A DNA stretch of 64,000 nt from Escherichia coli (GTDB lineage Bacteria; Pseudomonadota; Gammaproteobacteria; Enterobacterales; Enterobacteriaceae), in NCBI RefSeq assembly GCF_048403405.1, contig NZ_CP183129.1; one strand, 5' to 3'. Shown in pieces: positions 17,561 to 35,723 of the stretch; position 1 is the stretch's first letter; each line of letters starts with the position of its first letter. Below the pieces are notes generated by a model. It saw only the letters and a list, made by a program, of their open reading frames with translations. It ran no database searches and was not told the origin of the DNA. Position numbers and translations under genes: made by a program.

Positions 17561-17586
17561 AGCCGCCCTTCGGGGCGGTTTTTTTA
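17561..17586 (+). terminator. Rho-independent terminator after fumA
   Basis: Stem gccgccc, loop ttcg, stem gggcggt, followed by tttttttt. Confidence 0.85.
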
Positions 17587-17698
17587 CATGGCACGAAAGA
17601 CCAAACATTTGTTATCAAATAGTAAATAATAAGTGAGCTAAAAGTTGCTTAACGAAAGCAAAACAGAAAGAAAAAATTAATCAGGTGAGGAGCAGGCC

Positions 17699-21406
<3,708 letters not shown>

Positions 21407-21409
21407 CGC

Positions 21410-22129
21410 TTATTCCCATGCATGAGGCGCAAAAAGATAGCCTTTGTTACGCACAGTTTTAATGCGATAAGGTTCTGCGGCGTTATCGAGCAGTTTTTTT
21501 CTTAACCGCGAAATAGCCACGTCCACGCTACGATCCAGTCCGTCATAACTGACGCCACGTAAATTTTTCAGCAATGCATCGCGGTCCATGATTTGCCCAG
21601 CATGGGTAGCTAATTCCCACAATAATTCGAAATCAGCTGTCGAGAGCGAGATTTCAGTGTTAGCCAGGGTGACTACGCGGTTGATAGGATCGATGGTCAA
21701 CGTGCCGAAATGCAGGGCTTTGTAGGGAGTCAGAGACGTTTCCTGAAGACCTTTGCTCAGTGTGGCTTGCTCATTCTGACGCAAATGCAAACGTAAACGC
21801 GCTAACAAAACAGCAGGGGGCGTCGTTTTGAGAATATAGTCGCAGGCTCCCATTTCCAGTGCCAGGATGTGGTTCATATCGCTATCGAGAGAGGTTAGAA
21901 GAACAATTGGTCCGGACCACTTTGCGCGTAAATCACGACAAATGGTCATGCCGTCCTTGCCTGGTAGCATGATGTCGAGTAACACCAAATCCGGATTTTC
22001 TCGCAGAATAGTTTCTTCGGCCTGGTCGCCGCGCGGCTCTACGGTAACCTGCATATCATGTTTTGCCAGGTACGCGGCAATCAGTGAACCGACTTCCGCA
22101 TCATCTTCCACAAATACGATAGTGTTCAT
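21410..22129 (-). CDS. rstA: OmpR-family response regulator RstA
   Basis: The ORF track extends to 22189. The ATG at 22129 gives 239 aa starting MNTIVFVEDDAEVG, a receiver domain plus a winged-helix C-terminus. Confidence 0.94.
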   Translation of the reverse strand: MNTIVFVEDDAEVGSLIAAYLAKHDMQVTVEPRGDQAEETILRENPDLVLLDIMLPGKDGMTICRDLRAKWSGPIVLLTSLDSDMNHILALEMGACDYILKTTPPAVLLARLRLHLRQNEQATLSKGLQETSLTPYKALHFGTLTIDPINRVVTLANTEISLSTADFELLWELATHAGQIMDRDALLKNLRGVSYDGLDRSVDVAISRLRKKLLDNAAEPYRIKTVRNKGYLFAPHAWE

Positions 22130-22257
22130 ATTATTCACGGTAGATATAAAAACGTCACAATACACCGCGCTGTTTTTACTTACTATCAATCGTTTCTAAA
22201 CAAGTTTTCATCAGGTATTCTACTGATGACTTGTTATGGAAGTGTTAAGGTAAAAAG

Positions 22258-22593
22258 ATGGGGCTGGTAATCAAAGCCGCGCTCGGTGCGCTGGTAGTGC
22301 TGTTGATTGGTGTTTTAGCAAAAACGAAAAATTATTATATCGCCGGGCTGATCCCACTTTTCCCGACCTTTGCGCTCATCGCGCATTATATTGTTGCCAG
22401 CGAACGCGGCATTGAAGCCTTACGCGCAACCATCATTTTTAGCATGTGGTCGATTATTCCCTATTTTGTTTACCTGGCGTCGCTGTGGTATTTCACCGGA
22501 ATGATGCGCTTGCCCGCCGCTTTTGTTGGTTCTGTTGCGTGTTGGGGGATAAGCGCATGGGTGTTGATTATATGCTGGATAAAGCTGCATTAA
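22258..22593 (+). CDS. ydgC: GlpM-family inner-membrane protein YdgC
   Basis: 111-aa hydrophobic ORF. Position matches K-12. Confidence 0.88.
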   Translation: MGLVIKAALGALVVLLIGVLAKTKNYYIAGLIPLFPTFALIAHYIVASERGIEALRATIIFSMWSIIPYFVYLASLWYFTGMMRLPAAFVGSVACWGISAWVLIICWIKLH

Positions 22594-23312
22594 CGCAGAT
22601 GACGACCGCCATCAAGAGGGAAACTGCGTCCGGTGACAAAGCAGCTGGTAAGTAAGTAATCGACCAGGTCGATCACTTCTTTCTCGCCAGGCGCGGTTTT
22701 CATCAGTGATTTATTCAGCGCCTGTTGTCGATATTCGGCATCATCATGTTCATTAAACAGGATCAGCGATGGCGCAATAGAATTCACTTTCACTTCCGGT
22801 GCCAGCTTGCGGGCAAACGAGCGGGTCATATTATCCAGTGCCGCTTTGCTTGCAGCATACGCAACATGTTTGTCGCTACCGCGCTCCACCACATAATCGG
22901 TAAAGTGAATGATATCGCTGGCGGCGTGTCCGTGCCCACGCAGTAATCTTTCCAGCGCATGGTTGAGCAGGTATGGGGTATTAACGTGGATCTGCATCAT
23001 GCAAGCCAGTACGTCGGCCAGTGGTGTACCTGGTTTTTCTGCCATCCACGCACTGGCGTTATGCAAAATAGCACGCAGACCATGGGTGCTTTTTAGTACT
23101 TCATCGGCAAACGCCATCACACCGTCGTTGGTCGAAAAATCAGCCTGAATACACTGCGCACCTGCGTTAATCAGTCCATCAATGGCTGGATAGTGCGTCC
23201 GATAGCTGATAATCACCGGTTGCTTTTGATTAATGAAATGCCATGCGAGGGCGAGGCCGATGCGACGACCACCGCCAGTAATTAATATTGGCAAGGGCTG
23301 GGCTTTACCCAT
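22590..23312 (-). CDS. folM: Dihydromonapterin reductase (SDR family)
   Basis: 240 aa with a TGGGRRIG cofactor motif and YAASKAA catalytic motif. Confidence 0.92.
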   Translation of the reverse strand: MGKAQPLPILITGGGRRIGLALAWHFINQKQPVIISYRTHYPAIDGLINAGAQCIQADFSTNDGVMAFADEVLKSTHGLRAILHNASAWMAEKPGTPLADVLACMMQIHVNTPYLLNHALERLLRGHGHAASDIIHFTDYVVERGSDKHVAYAASKAALDNMTRSFARKLAPEVKVNSIAPSLILFNEHDDAEYRQQALNKSLMKTAPGEKEVIDLVDYLLTSCFVTGRSFPLDGGRHLR

Positions 23313-23348
23313 CGTTATCTCCTTTGCTATCCAACGATGGGATGAACG

Positions 23349-24731
23349 TTATCCCACCAGCATCCAGGTCGCCGGAACTGAGGCAATTAACAGCATGCCA
23401 ATCAGCACCATTTCCTGACGATTCAGTACATTATCATGGGTATGCGTTTTACGCGCGTACAGGAAAACCAGCAGCCCCGGTGCATACAGAACAACGGATA
23501 ACAGCAAGTGCATTGGACCAGAGGCGTACAATAACCATAAGCCATAAATGCAGGCACCGACACCTACCGCTTTATGCAGTGGACGGGTTGCGATTTTCAG
23601 CAAGAACGCGCCGACCAGGAAATAGGGCACCAGAATCATTTCTGAGGCGATGGTCAGCAACGTGTTGTAATCGGAACCGGTCAGCCAGATGAGTACCAGA
23701 CAAATTTGCACGCAGATGTTGGTCAACCACAGTGAGGCGGATGGCGCAGCTTGTGTGTTCTGGCGCGCAAAAATGCGCGGGAATGCTTTATGAGTGGCGG
23801 CCAGGAACGGAACTTCTGCCGCCATGATGGTCCAGCTTAAGTACGCGCCGCAAACGGAAACGATTAAACCGGCAGCGATGATGATTTCGCCCCATGGTCC
23901 CATCATTTCCACCATCAGACCGGCCATTGACGGGTTACGAATTTCAGCCAGTTCAGGACGTGCCACCACACCCAACGAAAGCAGCGTTACCAGCAAGTAA
24001 ACGCCCAGAGCGGAGAGAACCGCCAGCAGTGTCGCTTTGCCAACATCACGTTTATTACGCGCACGCGCAGAAACAACCACGGCACCTTCCACACCAATGA
24101 AAACCCACAGGGTGATCAGCATGGTGTTTTTCACCTGTTCCCAAACGGGTACGCCAAGTGCAAGTCCGGTGAAGTCGAGCTTGAAGGTATCCAGTTTGAA
24201 CATCATCATCGCCAACACAACAAACAGACCCAGCGGCAACAGTTTTGCCAGTGTTGCCACCAGGTTAATGCTGGCAGCGGTTTGCACCCCGCGCAGGATC
24301 AAAAAGTGAACAATCCACAATAAAGCCGATGCACCGACGATCGATTGCCAGGTATTACCATCGCCAAACAGGCGCAATTCCGGCGTGTCCGTAAAAAAGC
24401 TTAACGCGGAAAAAACGATCACCAGATAGGAGACGTTGGCGATGACCGCGCACAGCCAGTATCCCCATGCGGAACAAAAGCCGATTAGCTCGCCAAACCC
24501 TTCGCGGGCATAGGTAAAGATACCGCCGTCAAGTTCGGGACGAATGCGCGTGAGGATCAGCATGGCAAAGGCCAGCAATAAAATGCCAGCGCCAGTAATG
24601 CCCCAGCCGATGAGCAGTGCTGCCGGGCTGGCAACTGCTGCCATATTTTGCGGCAGACTGAAAACACCCGCGCCCAGCATTGAGCTTAATACCAGCGCGG
24701 TGAGTGCGCTCAGTCCCAGTTTCTTTTCCAT
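23349..24731 (-). CDS. ydgI: APC-family arginine:ornithine antiporter-like transporter
   Basis: 460-aa polytopic ORF starting MEKKLGLSALTALVLSSMLGAGVF. Confidence 0.92.
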   Translation of the reverse strand: MEKKLGLSALTALVLSSMLGAGVFSLPQNMAAVASPAALLIGWGITGAGILLLAFAMLILTRIRPELDGGIFTYAREGFGELIGFCSAWGYWLCAVIANVSYLVIVFSALSFFTDTPELRLFGDGNTWQSIVGASALLWIVHFLILRGVQTAASINLVATLAKLLPLGLFVVLAMMMFKLDTFKLDFTGLALGVPVWEQVKNTMLITLWVFIGVEGAVVVSARARNKRDVGKATLLAVLSALGVYLLVTLLSLGVVARPELAEIRNPSMAGLMVEMMGPWGEIIIAAGLIVSVCGAYLSWTIMAAEVPFLAATHKAFPRIFARQNTQAAPSASLWLTNICVQICLVLIWLTGSDYNTLLTIASEMILVPYFLVGAFLLKIATRPLHKAVGVGACIYGLWLLYASGPMHLLLSVVLYAPGLLVFLYARKTHTHDNVLNRQEMVLIGMLLIASVPATWMLVG

Positions 24732-24867
24732 CGATATCCAGTGATTAAAACGTGATAAGAAGAATAAATATTAGGGCAAAACGCATAAAAATGGAGTTTG
24801 CCACTGAAGCGCGGGATTTTACGAAGAGATGTGTCTGCATGCAATGGTCGCGGGGAAATTTGTGACT

Positions 24868-24898
24868 AAAAATGCGAAAGGCGGCATCAAGCCGCCTT
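24868..24898 (-). terminator. Rho-independent terminator downstream of ydgH
   Basis: On the minus strand: stem aaggcggc, loop, stem gccgcctt, then tcgcattttt. Confidence 0.7.
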
Positions 24899-24916
24899 AT
24901 AGGAGTAACTGAATAG

Positions 24917-25861
24917 TTATTTATACAGATCTGCGCTGACGGTCAGGTTATTACCACGTTCCTGCCACTGGCGGGTGATGTGGTAATATTTAGCACCTTT
25001 CTTCGCGGCACGTTTCGCAACCTGATAGGAGACTTCAGTCATGTTGCCGTAGTTGCCAGAGAATTTGATGCTGTCGAACGGGACCATCATCGCTGCGGTC
25101 GCTTTGTTCAGTTCTTCGACTTTAGTGCCGTCAGGAAGCGTGACAGTGTAACGCCCGCCTTTTGATGACTGGGTTTCAAAGAAGCGACCGACTTCAGAGC
25201 TTGGTGATGCGGTAGTCGCAACACCCGGAATCTCAACTTTCTTCGCGGCTTCGCCACCGGCAGCCAGAGCTGCACGTCCTGCTTCGGAATCTGCCGGGAT
25301 CACATCCGGGCTCTGGACGATACGTTTCTTCGCATCTTTTTTATAGATGAATGCAGTAATACGCTGGTTGCCGCCCTGGTTGGCATCGATTTGACGAACG
25401 ATGTAGAAAGAGTAGGCACCTTTCGCTTTTGCCGCTTTGGTGATGGCATCATTGACTTCTGGCTGGCTACGATAGAAGCCCTGGACGGTGACCGTGTCAA
25501 ACGGTTCAATCAGAACAGCCTGATCTTTCGGCAGTTCGACAACACCGTTAATTACGCGATTACTTGTTTCTTCTGCTTTTTCAGCATCGGCTTTATAGAG
25601 GTCAGCGACCACACGCCAGTTACCGCTGTTACCAAAATCAGAAGTGTCGACAACATAAAAAGAGGCGGCACCTTCTTTATCTGCGCGACGAGAAACGGCT
25701 TTCACCGCTTCGCCAATAGCATTAAAACGACCGGTAACCACTACACGGTCAAAAGGTTTAACCGCTGCCGCTTGCTCCGGTGTCAGTTCTGTTGCTGCGT
25801 TAACGGAGAATGCCGTAGCAGAAAGCAGTGCCGACGCCAGGAGGGTGTTCTTAAGCTTCAT
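24917..25861 (-). CDS. ydgH: Periplasmic DUF1471 (YdgH/BhsA/McbA-like repeat) protein
   Basis: 314 aa. Signal peptide is MKLKNTLLASALLSATAFSVNA, followed by three internally repeated about 90-aa modules. Confidence 0.9.
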   Translation of the reverse strand: MKLKNTLLASALLSATAFSVNAATELTPEQAAAVKPFDRVVVTGRFNAIGEAVKAVSRRADKEGAASFYVVDTSDFGNSGNWRVVADLYKADAEKAEETSNRVINGVVELPKDQAVLIEPFDTVTVQGFYRSQPEVNDAITKAAKAKGAYSFYIVRQIDANQGGNQRITAFIYKKDAKKRIVQSPDVIPADSEAGRAALAAGGEAAKKVEIPGVATTASPSSEVGRFFETQSSKGGRYTVTLPDGTKVEELNKATAAMMVPFDSIKFSGNYGNMTEVSYQVAKRAAKKGAKYYHITRQWQERGNNLTVSADLYK

Positions 25862-26321
25862 AAAAATAATCCTTCGCCTTGCGCAAACCAGGTACTGGTA
25901 TTGTTATTAACGAGAAACGTGGCTGATTATTGCATTTAAACGGTGTAACTGTCTGCGTCATTTTTCATATCACATTCCTTAAGCCAATTTTAATCCTGCT
26001 CAAATGACCGTCTATGCTTAAAAAACAGCCGTATCAGCATCAATACTACTGAAGCAACTGAATTGTATAAGTTAATTTAATGTTAAGTAGTGATTCGTGC
26101 CGGGGCGATGTCTCGTTTTACCTGACCGTCGAAGACAATTATCAGTCTTTATCCAACGTTCTAAGGTGTTTATCCCACTATCACGGCTGAATCGTTAATA
26201 TTTTGCGAGTTCACGCCGAAATACTGATTTTTGGCGCTAGATCACAGGCATAATTTTCAGTACGTTATAGGGCGTTTGTTACTAATTTATTTTAACGGAG
26301 TAACATTTAGCTCGTACATGA

Positions 26322-27917
<1,596 letters not shown>

Positions 27918-27924
27918 GGGGTAA

Positions 27925-29316
<1,392 letters not shown>

Positions 29317-29320
29317 CCCT

Positions 29321-29342
29321 GACGGCCTCTGCGGAGGCCGTC
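29321..29342. terminator. Hairpin between convergent pntB and tqsA
   Basis: Stem gacggcctc, loop tgcg, stem gaggccgtc, then actctttatt. Overlaps the tqsA stop. Confidence 0.6.
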
Positions 29343-30375
29343 ACTCTTTATTGAGATCGCTTAACAGAACGGCGATGCTTTGACCTCCCGCTGTTTGTTC
29401 AAGCGCAATTTTGACAATAATTGTCAACGGCACGGAAAGCAGCATACCCACCGGTCCTAACAACCATCCCCAAAAAATCAACGACAAAAATACCACCAAT
29501 GTGGAAAGCCCCAGCCCACGCCCCATGATGCGTGGCTCCAGAATATTGCCGAAGACCAGATTAATCAGCAGATATCCCGCCAGCACGAACAACGCTTCGT
29601 AGAAGCCATTAAACACCAGTACCTGAGCGATAGGGGGGATTGCCGCGAGAACTGAACCAATATTCGGGATGTAATTAAGCGCAAAGGCCAGCAATCCCCA
29701 GACAAAAGCGAAGCGAACATCGAGTGCGGCGAGCATCGCCCAGGCGACCAGGCCGGTGATGATGCTGATGGCTGTTTTCAGCACCAGATAATGAGACACA
29801 CTGTCAATCGCACGCTGAATCGCCGCCATCCCTTCAACCGGACGCGCCATCATTTGCTGAAATTTTCCGGGCAATTGTGGCACTTCGAGCAGCATAAACA
29901 GCACCGTCAGCAGCAATAAAAATATTGATGACATGGCATTAGATAACTGCGTCAATAAGTTGGTGAGCAACGTCATCGCCGCGTTCGGATCAATGTAATG
30001 CGCCAGCTGGTCAACTGAGACGTCAATCCCTACGCGTTGCAACAACGGTTCAAGCGCTTGCAGCGGCGTCATAATAGAGTTGCGATATTGCGGTAACGTC
30101 CGCGTCAACTCGTTGAGTGCGGAACCCAGATAAGCTAACAGCAACACCATCGCCATCACGATGATGGTCATCAAAATCGACACCGCCAGTACACGCGGCA
30201 CTCGCCAGCGGACCATGTGTTGCACCAGCGGGTTAAGAATAACAGCAATAAATAATGCGAGAATAAACGGCACGATGATCTCGGCGGCAAAACGGATACC
30301 GCAGAGAATAATGACCAGCATTCCCAACATAATGACGATTTTTAGGCCATTGAGCGTGATGATCGGCTTTGCCAT
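29341..30375 (-). CDS. tqsA: AI-2 exporter / PerM-family permease
   Basis: 344-aa polytopic ORF starting [20 protein letters not shown]. Confidence 0.92.
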   Translation of the reverse strand: MAKPIITLNGLKIVIMLGMLVIILCGIRFAAEIIVPFILALFIAVILNPLVQHMVRWRVPRVLAVSILMTIIVMAMVLLLAYLGSALNELTRTLPQYRNSIMTPLQALEPLLQRVGIDVSVDQLAHYIDPNAAMTLLTNLLTQLSNAMSSIFLLLLTVLFMLLEVPQLPGKFQQMMARPVEGMAAIQRAIDSVSHYLVLKTAISIITGLVAWAMLAALDVRFAFVWGLLAFALNYIPNIGSVLAAIPPIAQVLVFNGFYEALFVLAGYLLINLVFGNILEPRIMGRGLGLSTLVVFLSLIFWGWLLGPVGMLLSVPLTIIVKIALEQTAGGQSIAVLLSDLNKE

Positions 30376-30786
30376 GCTTGTCCCCGTTTTTTCTTCCTTT
30401 GCTAATAATAATGTCTTTTTCGCTCCGTCATCATAACGAAAATCAAACTGCTCAGGTAAAGAAGTGAAAATATTTTGAGTTAATTCTTAAGCTATGATAC
30501 AAATCAGGCGTGTTCAACTACCGAGGACAATTATCATCCGCGATGACGAGAAGCAACACTGCGGATAATTGTAATATTATGGACAATTTTTTCAGGACGT
30601 TATTTTCTACATTTACCCATCTTCGTACCTCATCCACTATCTTGCTCGTAGGTGAGCAGCACTGGCGCAACGCGCTTTAGTCCTTTCTTCTGCCTAAGCT
30701 TGCGCTATGCGCGGGGCTTGACCACTTTACTTTGGTTTCGCTGAAATAAGCGAAAATTAAAATAATTCTCTTGCAGGAGAAGGACA

Positions 30787-31152
30787 ATGTATATTTATTG
30801 GATTTTATTAGGCCTGGCTATTGCTACGGAAATTACCGGTACGCTGTCAATGAAATGGGCGAGCGTCAGTGAGGGAAATGGCGGCTTTATTTTAATGCTG
30901 GTGATGATTTCTCTGTCGTATATATTTCTCTCTTTCGCCGTTAAAAAAATCGCCTTAGGCGTGGCTTATGCGCTGTGGGAAGGTATCGGTATTTTATTTA
31001 TTACCTTGTTTAGCGTTTTGTTATTCGACGAAAGTTTATCGCTGATGAAAATTGCCGGGTTAACCACCCTGGTGGCCGGGATTGTATTGATCAAATCAGG
31101 TACCCGTAAAGCGCGTAAACCTGAACTGGAGGTGAACCATGGCGCAGTTTGA
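30787..31152 (+). CDS. mdtJ: SMR-family spermidine exporter subunit MdtJ
   Basis: 121 aa with 4 TM segments, starting [19 protein letters not shown]. Confidence 0.93.
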
Positions 31153-31468
31153 ATGGGTTCACGCCGCCTGGCTGGCATTGGCAATCGTGCTGGAAATCGT
31201 TGCTAACGTTTTTTTGAAATTTTCTGACGGCTTTCGTCGCAAAATATTTGGCTTGCTCTCCCTGGCGGCGGTGCTGGCTGCCTTTAGTGCGCTTTCTCAG
31301 GCCGTTAAAGGGATCGACTTGTCTGTCGCTTATGCATTGTGGGGCGGGTTTGGTATTGCCGCCACGTTAGCCGCAGGTTGGATCTTGTTTGGTCAACGGT
31401 TAAATCGTAAAGGCTGGATTGGCCTGGTCTTGCTGTTGGCTGGAATGATCATGGTGAAACTTGCCTGA
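31139..31468 (+). CDS. mdtI: SMR-family spermidine exporter subunit MdtI
   Basis: 109 aa starting [24 protein letters not shown]. Overlaps the mdtJ end by 14 nt. Confidence 0.93.
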
Positions 31469-31473
31469 TGAAC

Positions 31474-31503
31474 ACGCTGCCCGCACTGTCGGGCAGCGTT
31501 TGA
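31474..31503. terminator. Terminator hairpin between convergent mdtI and ydgD
   Basis: Stem acgctgcccg, 6-nt loop, stem cgggcagcgt, then ttga. Confidence 0.7.
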
Positions 31504-31506
31504 ACA

Positions 31507-32328
31507 TTATTTTTGCGACAGTTGATCCAGCTTGTCGCGAAAACCGGTAACAGAAATGGCCCGGTTATCGGCGCGCCAGCGATCTTTCGCGGCAGGAGCC
31601 GAACTTTGCACCCCAATTAATTGCCAGCCGTCATTGGTATGCAACATCAGAGGCGAACCGCTGTCACCCGGCAAGGTATCGCACTGATGTGACATCACCG
31701 ACGTTTGCGCCCAGCCAGTCACTTCACAGTTTTGATGACTGTACAACGTATCGAGATGATCTTCAGGGTATCCTGCCTGAGTCACTTTACGGCCAGCCGA
31801 TTTTAATGCGGCGGTAAGCGCGGCTTTATCTCCCTCAAATAACGGCAACGGTGTAATGCCAGAAGGGGGATTACGTAGCACAATCAAACCGAAGTCCCAC
31901 GGCGCAGCTGCGGGAGGAACAATCCAACCATCCCCATCTGCTTTTAACCGCTTTCCCAGTGTCGGATCAACGCGGCCTTCTATGTCGTGGATCTCATAGC
32001 GCCAAAGACCTTTATTTGACACGAAACGCAGCGCTACCGCTTTATCGGCTTTACCCTTTGGCGGCGTCAATAAACAGTGTCCTGCCGTTAATGCCAGATT
32101 GGGTGCAATCAGCGTCGCCGTACATAAATTGCCGCTGGCCGTTTCCAGTTGGCCAACCGCATCCCACGGTGATTGGGTCGTGTCATTCACTGGCACACGA
32201 TCATCATGACCAAAAAACAGGGTGCTGACCTCATCGTTTGCCGATTTGGCAACGTCTGGTTTATCTGCAAACACAAAAGCAGACGTCAAACTAATTGCAC
32301 CCAACACTACAGCAATGGTTGTACGCAT
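31507..32328 (-). CDS. ydgD: Secreted trypsin-like serine peptidase YdgD
   Basis: 273 aa with a signal peptide. Contains TAGHC (catalytic His context) and GDSGSPL (catalytic Ser context). Confidence 0.92.
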   Translation of the reverse strand: MRTTIAVVLGAISLTSAFVFADKPDVAKSANDEVSTLFFGHDDRVPVNDTTQSPWDAVGQLETASGNLCTATLIAPNLALTAGHCLLTPPKGKADKAVALRFVSNKGLWRYEIHDIEGRVDPTLGKRLKADGDGWIVPPAAAPWDFGLIVLRNPPSGITPLPLFEGDKAALTAALKSAGRKVTQAGYPEDHLDTLYSHQNCEVTGWAQTSVMSHQCDTLPGDSGSPLMLHTNDGWQLIGVQSSAPAAKDRWRADNRAISVTGFRDKLDQLSQK

Positions 32329-32427
32329 ATCACACTCTGGTGGGTAATTATGATTATTAAAAGCAAACCCTCATAAATACTATAGACGGGACGGGATGAA
32401 AGTGGGAGTAAAATCAGATAACTACGA

Positions 32428-32511
32428 TCAGGAAAGATAAAAACGGGCGGCAATCAGTGCGCATAAAATAAGGATGATAAGAATGAACTCAAAGCGATAA
32501 CGGCCCACCAT
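32428..32511 (-). CDS. ydgU: Small hydrophobic protein YdgU (27 aa)
   Basis: Not in the ORF track because it is under 60 aa. The minus strand reads MVGRYRFEFILIILILCALIAARFYLS then stop. Matches recalled K-12 YdgU between ydgD and asr. Confidence 0.75.
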   Translation of the reverse strand: MVGRYRFEFILIILILCALIAARFYLS

Positions 32512-32603
32512 ACTACCCTCCGCTAAAGGCGGTGCTAAACGTTATCCGCTTAGCACCGTAATTTTCAGGCGCGAGGGGGCGCGCCAGCATTACTATTGAT
32601 AAC

Positions 32604-32912
32604 TTACGCTGCGGGTTGTGCAGCAGGTTTTGCCGGTTGCTGATGGCTGTGTTTCTTGGCGTGTTTCTTCGCTGCCTGCGCTTTTTGTTCAGGAGCTTTC
32701 TGTTCAGCTTTGGCATTTTTATGATGCTTTTTAGCCGCCTGCGCTTTCTGGGCAGGTGCTGCTTTATGCTGTTTTTTATGATGTGTGGTTTTCGCCGGCG
32801 CTGCTTTGGTGGTCGTCGCAGTCGGAGCAGGTGTGGTCGCAGTCTCTGCAGCAAAGGCAGCAGAAGACAGACCCATAGCAGCGGCAACAACCAGAGCTAA
32901 TACTTTTTTCAT
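32604..32912 (-). CDS. asr: Acid shock periplasmic protein Asr
   Basis: The ORF track extends to 32939. The ATG at 32912 gives 102 aa starting [21 protein letters not shown], followed by a K/A/H/Q-rich repetitive body. Confidence 0.92.
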   Translation of the reverse strand: MKKVLALVVAAAMGLSSAAFAAETATTPAPTATTTKAAPAKTTHHKKQHKAAPAQKAQAAKKHHKNAKAEQKAPEQKAQAAKKHAKKHSHQQPAKPAAQPAA

Positions 32913-33335
32913 TGTCATACCCTCAATTTGTTTTTTCATTTAACCCCACTGCGGGGCCGTTGAAATAACTATATCCCTGGGAATGGCAGACTTCCGTGAG
33001 TGGTTGGTTTCAGCGTGTAACGATATGTACAAACGCTGAATAAATTACAGCGTTGATAATAACGTATTGTGACTTAAGGGAAATTTAGCTACCAATAATA
33101 GTAGTCTTGATCGGGTTAACTATTTTACTACTTACAAAGCGGTAGAATAACTGCGCATCAGTAATAAATGACACACAGCAAAATGAATCCGTTTATTTGG
33201 GTACTTATAATCCTGATGACACTAGATGCGCTGCGGGAATTGGCTGGCGCTTCGTCTATTTTAGGATGGCTATTAACGTTGGTTTGAGCAGACAATAAGT
33301 CCGGATGGGTATTTACCGCAGTCCGGACTTATTTT

Positions 33336-34589
33336 TCAGGCGTGCAGACGACGATGCAAACGCGTCCCGACCAGCAGAGCAATGACCAGCATCAGAGCAA
33401 TAAATGCGCCGACGCCGTTCCAGCCATAGTTATGCCAGAAAACACCACCCAGCGTCCCGGCAATACTCGACCCCAGATAGTAACTGAACAGATACAGCGA
33501 GGAGGCCTGGCCTTTAGCGCGTTTTGCTCGGGGGCCGATCCAGCTGCTGGCTACTGAGTGGGCTGCGAAGAATCCGGCTGAGAAGAGTAACATTCCGGCA
33601 AAGATCAGCCACAGCGAGCTAAATAAGGTCATCAGTAAACCAAACAGCATAACCCCCGTCGAAAACAACATCACCGGACCGCGCCCATAGCGGGTGGTCA
33701 TGGTTCCGGCTTTGGGTGAGCTCCATGTACCGGTCAAATAGGCCAGCGATAATAAGCCAACCACAGCCTGACTGACATGCCAGGGGGAGAGCATCAACCG
33801 ATAGCCGATGTAATTAAACAGCGTGACGAACGACCCCATCAGCAAAAAGCCTTCTGCGAACAATAACGGTAATCCCCGGTCACGCCAGTGCAGACGAAAG
33901 TTGATAAACAACGTCTTAGGTCGCAGCGAAGTCGGGCGAAAATGGCGTGATTCAGGGAGGATTTTCCAGAACATTAACGCCGAGGCCAGCGCGAAACAAC
34001 CGATTGCCGCCAGCGCAATTCGCCAGTTGAAAAAGTCCGTGAAGACACCGCTAATTAAGCGTCCGCTCATGCCGCCAATTGAGTTGCCGCTGATATACAA
34101 CCCCATCGAAAAGGCCACGAAACTGGGGTGGATTTCCTCACTAAGATAAGTCATGCCAACAGCTGCTACGCCACTTAACGAAAGCCCAATCAAGGCGCGC
34201 ATAATCAAAATGCCGTGCCAGCTGGTCATCATTGTTGAAAGTAATGTGCAAATGGAGGCCAACAGTAGCGCCGTTACCATCACTGGTTTGCGACCAATGG
34301 CATCGGATAGCGGGCCAGTAAACAGCAAACCGATAGCCAACATCGCCGTGGAAATGGACAGTGAAATACTACTGTTCGCGGGTGTTAAGCCAAACTCTTG
34401 TGAAAGCACCGGAAGGATAGGTTGCACACAATAGAGAAGTGCGAAGGTTGCCAGTCCGGCAGAGAACAGCGCCAGGGTGACGCGCATAAATTGCGGCGTA
34501 CCGCGTTTAATAAATTGATTTGGCTGAGAAATGCTTTGCTTGTCAGTGTCGCTTGCCGGAGCGCCATCAACAGTTGTAGTACGGCTCAC
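33336..34589 (-). CDS. ynfM: MFS transporter YnfM
   Basis: 417 aa with a 12-TM-like profile. Confidence 0.92.
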   Translation of the reverse strand: MSRTTTVDGAPASDTDKQSISQPNQFIKRGTPQFMRVTLALFSAGLATFALLYCVQPILPVLSQEFGLTPANSSISLSISTAMLAIGLLFTGPLSDAIGRKPVMVTALLLASICTLLSTMMTSWHGILIMRALIGLSLSGVAAVGMTYLSEEIHPSFVAFSMGLYISGNSIGGMSGRLISGVFTDFFNWRIALAAIGCFALASALMFWKILPESRHFRPTSLRPKTLFINFRLHWRDRGLPLLFAEGFLLMGSFVTLFNYIGYRLMLSPWHVSQAVVGLLSLAYLTGTWSSPKAGTMTTRYGRGPVMLFSTGVMLFGLLMTLFSSLWLIFAGMLLFSAGFFAAHSVASSWIGPRAKRAKGQASSLYLFSYYLGSSIAGTLGGVFWHNYGWNGVGAFIALMLVIALLVGTRLHRRLHA

Positions 34590-34695
34590 TTGAAATCCTT
34601 GCTAAATATGCCTGTGGATCAGGCTTATGAATAGATTAGGAAAATCGAATTGTTCTGTCTAATATATTAATAATCTCAAATAAGATGTTTTAAAT

Positions 34696-35589
34696 ATGAA
34701 TATTGAACTTCGTCATCTGCGTTACTTTGTTGCGGTTGCAGAAGAGCTGCATTTCGGGCGCGCCGCTGCCCGCCTGAATATTTCGCAACCACCGCTAAGT
34801 CAACAGATTCAGGCGCTGGAGCAACAAATTGGTGCCCGACTGCTGGCACGGACCAATCGCAGTGTATTGCTGACGGCAGCAGGAAAACAGTTTCTTGTAG
34901 ATAGTCGGCAAATCCTGTCTATGGTGGATGATGCTGCCGCTCGCGCTGAAAGACTGCATCAGGGTGAAGCGGGGGAGTTGCGCATTGGTTTTACTTCGTC
35001 CGCTCCTTTTATTCGGGCGGTGTCCGATACGTTATCGCTGTTTCGCCGTGATTATCCCGATGTCCATTTACAAACCCGCGAAATGAACACTCGCGAGCAA
35101 ATCGCTCCGCTCATTGAAGGAACGCTGGATATGGGATTGCTGCGTAACACAGCGTTACCGGAGACGCTTGAACACGCAGTCATCGTCCATGAACCGCTTA
35201 TGGCGATGATCCCGCACGATCATCCCCTGGCAAATAACCCGAGTGTAACGCTGGCTGAACTGGCGAAAGAACCCTTTGTCTTTTTTGATCCGCACGTAGG
35301 GACAGGGCTGTATGACGATATTCTCGGGCTGATGCGACGTTACAATTTGACGCCCGTCATCACTCAGGAGGTGGGTGAGGCAATGACCATCATCGGTCTG
35401 GTTTCCGCTGGTCTGGGTGTTTCAATTTTGCCTGCGTCATTTAAACGTGTTCAGCTCAACGAAATGCGCTGGGTGCCGATTGCTGAAGAGGATGCGGTTT
35501 CTGAAATGTGGTTGGTCTGGCCGAAACACCATGAACAAAGTCCGGCTGCGCGTAACTTTCGTATTCATCTGCTGAATGCTCTCAGGTGA
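34696..35589 (+). CDS. ynfL: LysR-family transcriptional regulator YnfL
   Basis: 297 aa with a LysR HTH (LRYFVAVAEELHFGRAAARLNISQPPLSQQI). Divergent from ynfM. Confidence 0.93.
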   Translation: MNIELRHLRYFVAVAEELHFGRAAARLNISQPPLSQQIQALEQQIGARLLARTNRSVLLTAAGKQFLVDSRQILSMVDDAAARAERLHQGEAGELRIGFTSSAPFIRAVSDTLSLFRRDYPDVHLQTREMNTREQIAPLIEGTLDMGLLRNTALPETLEHAVIVHEPLMAMIPHDHPLANNPSVTLAELAKEPFVFFDPHVGTGLYDDILGLMRRYNLTPVITQEVGEAMTIIGLVSAGLGVSILPASFKRVQLNEMRWVPIAEEDAVSEMWLVWPKHHEQSPAARNFRIHLLNALR

Positions 35590-35723
35590 GGGAAATTTCA
35601 GCGAAAAAGCCCGAAAAATGTGCTGTTAATCACATGCCTAAGTAAAAATTTGACGACACGTATTGAAGTGCTTCACCATAGCCTACAGATTATTTCGGAG
35701 CGCGAAAATATAGGGAGTATGCG

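Noticed and set aside
32513-32900. Two alternative-frame ORFs over asr: 125 aa on the minus strand and 94 aa on the plus strand, both very R/K/L-rich.
   Set aside because: They are artefacts of the low-complexity, repetitive asr coding sequence. Only the frame with a signal peptide and the K/A/H/Q repeats makes sense.
33296-33335. Strong hairpin (ataagtccgga ... tccggacttat) with a plus-strand T-run abutting the ynfM stop.
   Set aside because: The T-tract is on the strand with no upstream gene. For ynfM (minus strand) there is no U-tail. It may act as a terminator or stabiliser, but I cannot support a call.
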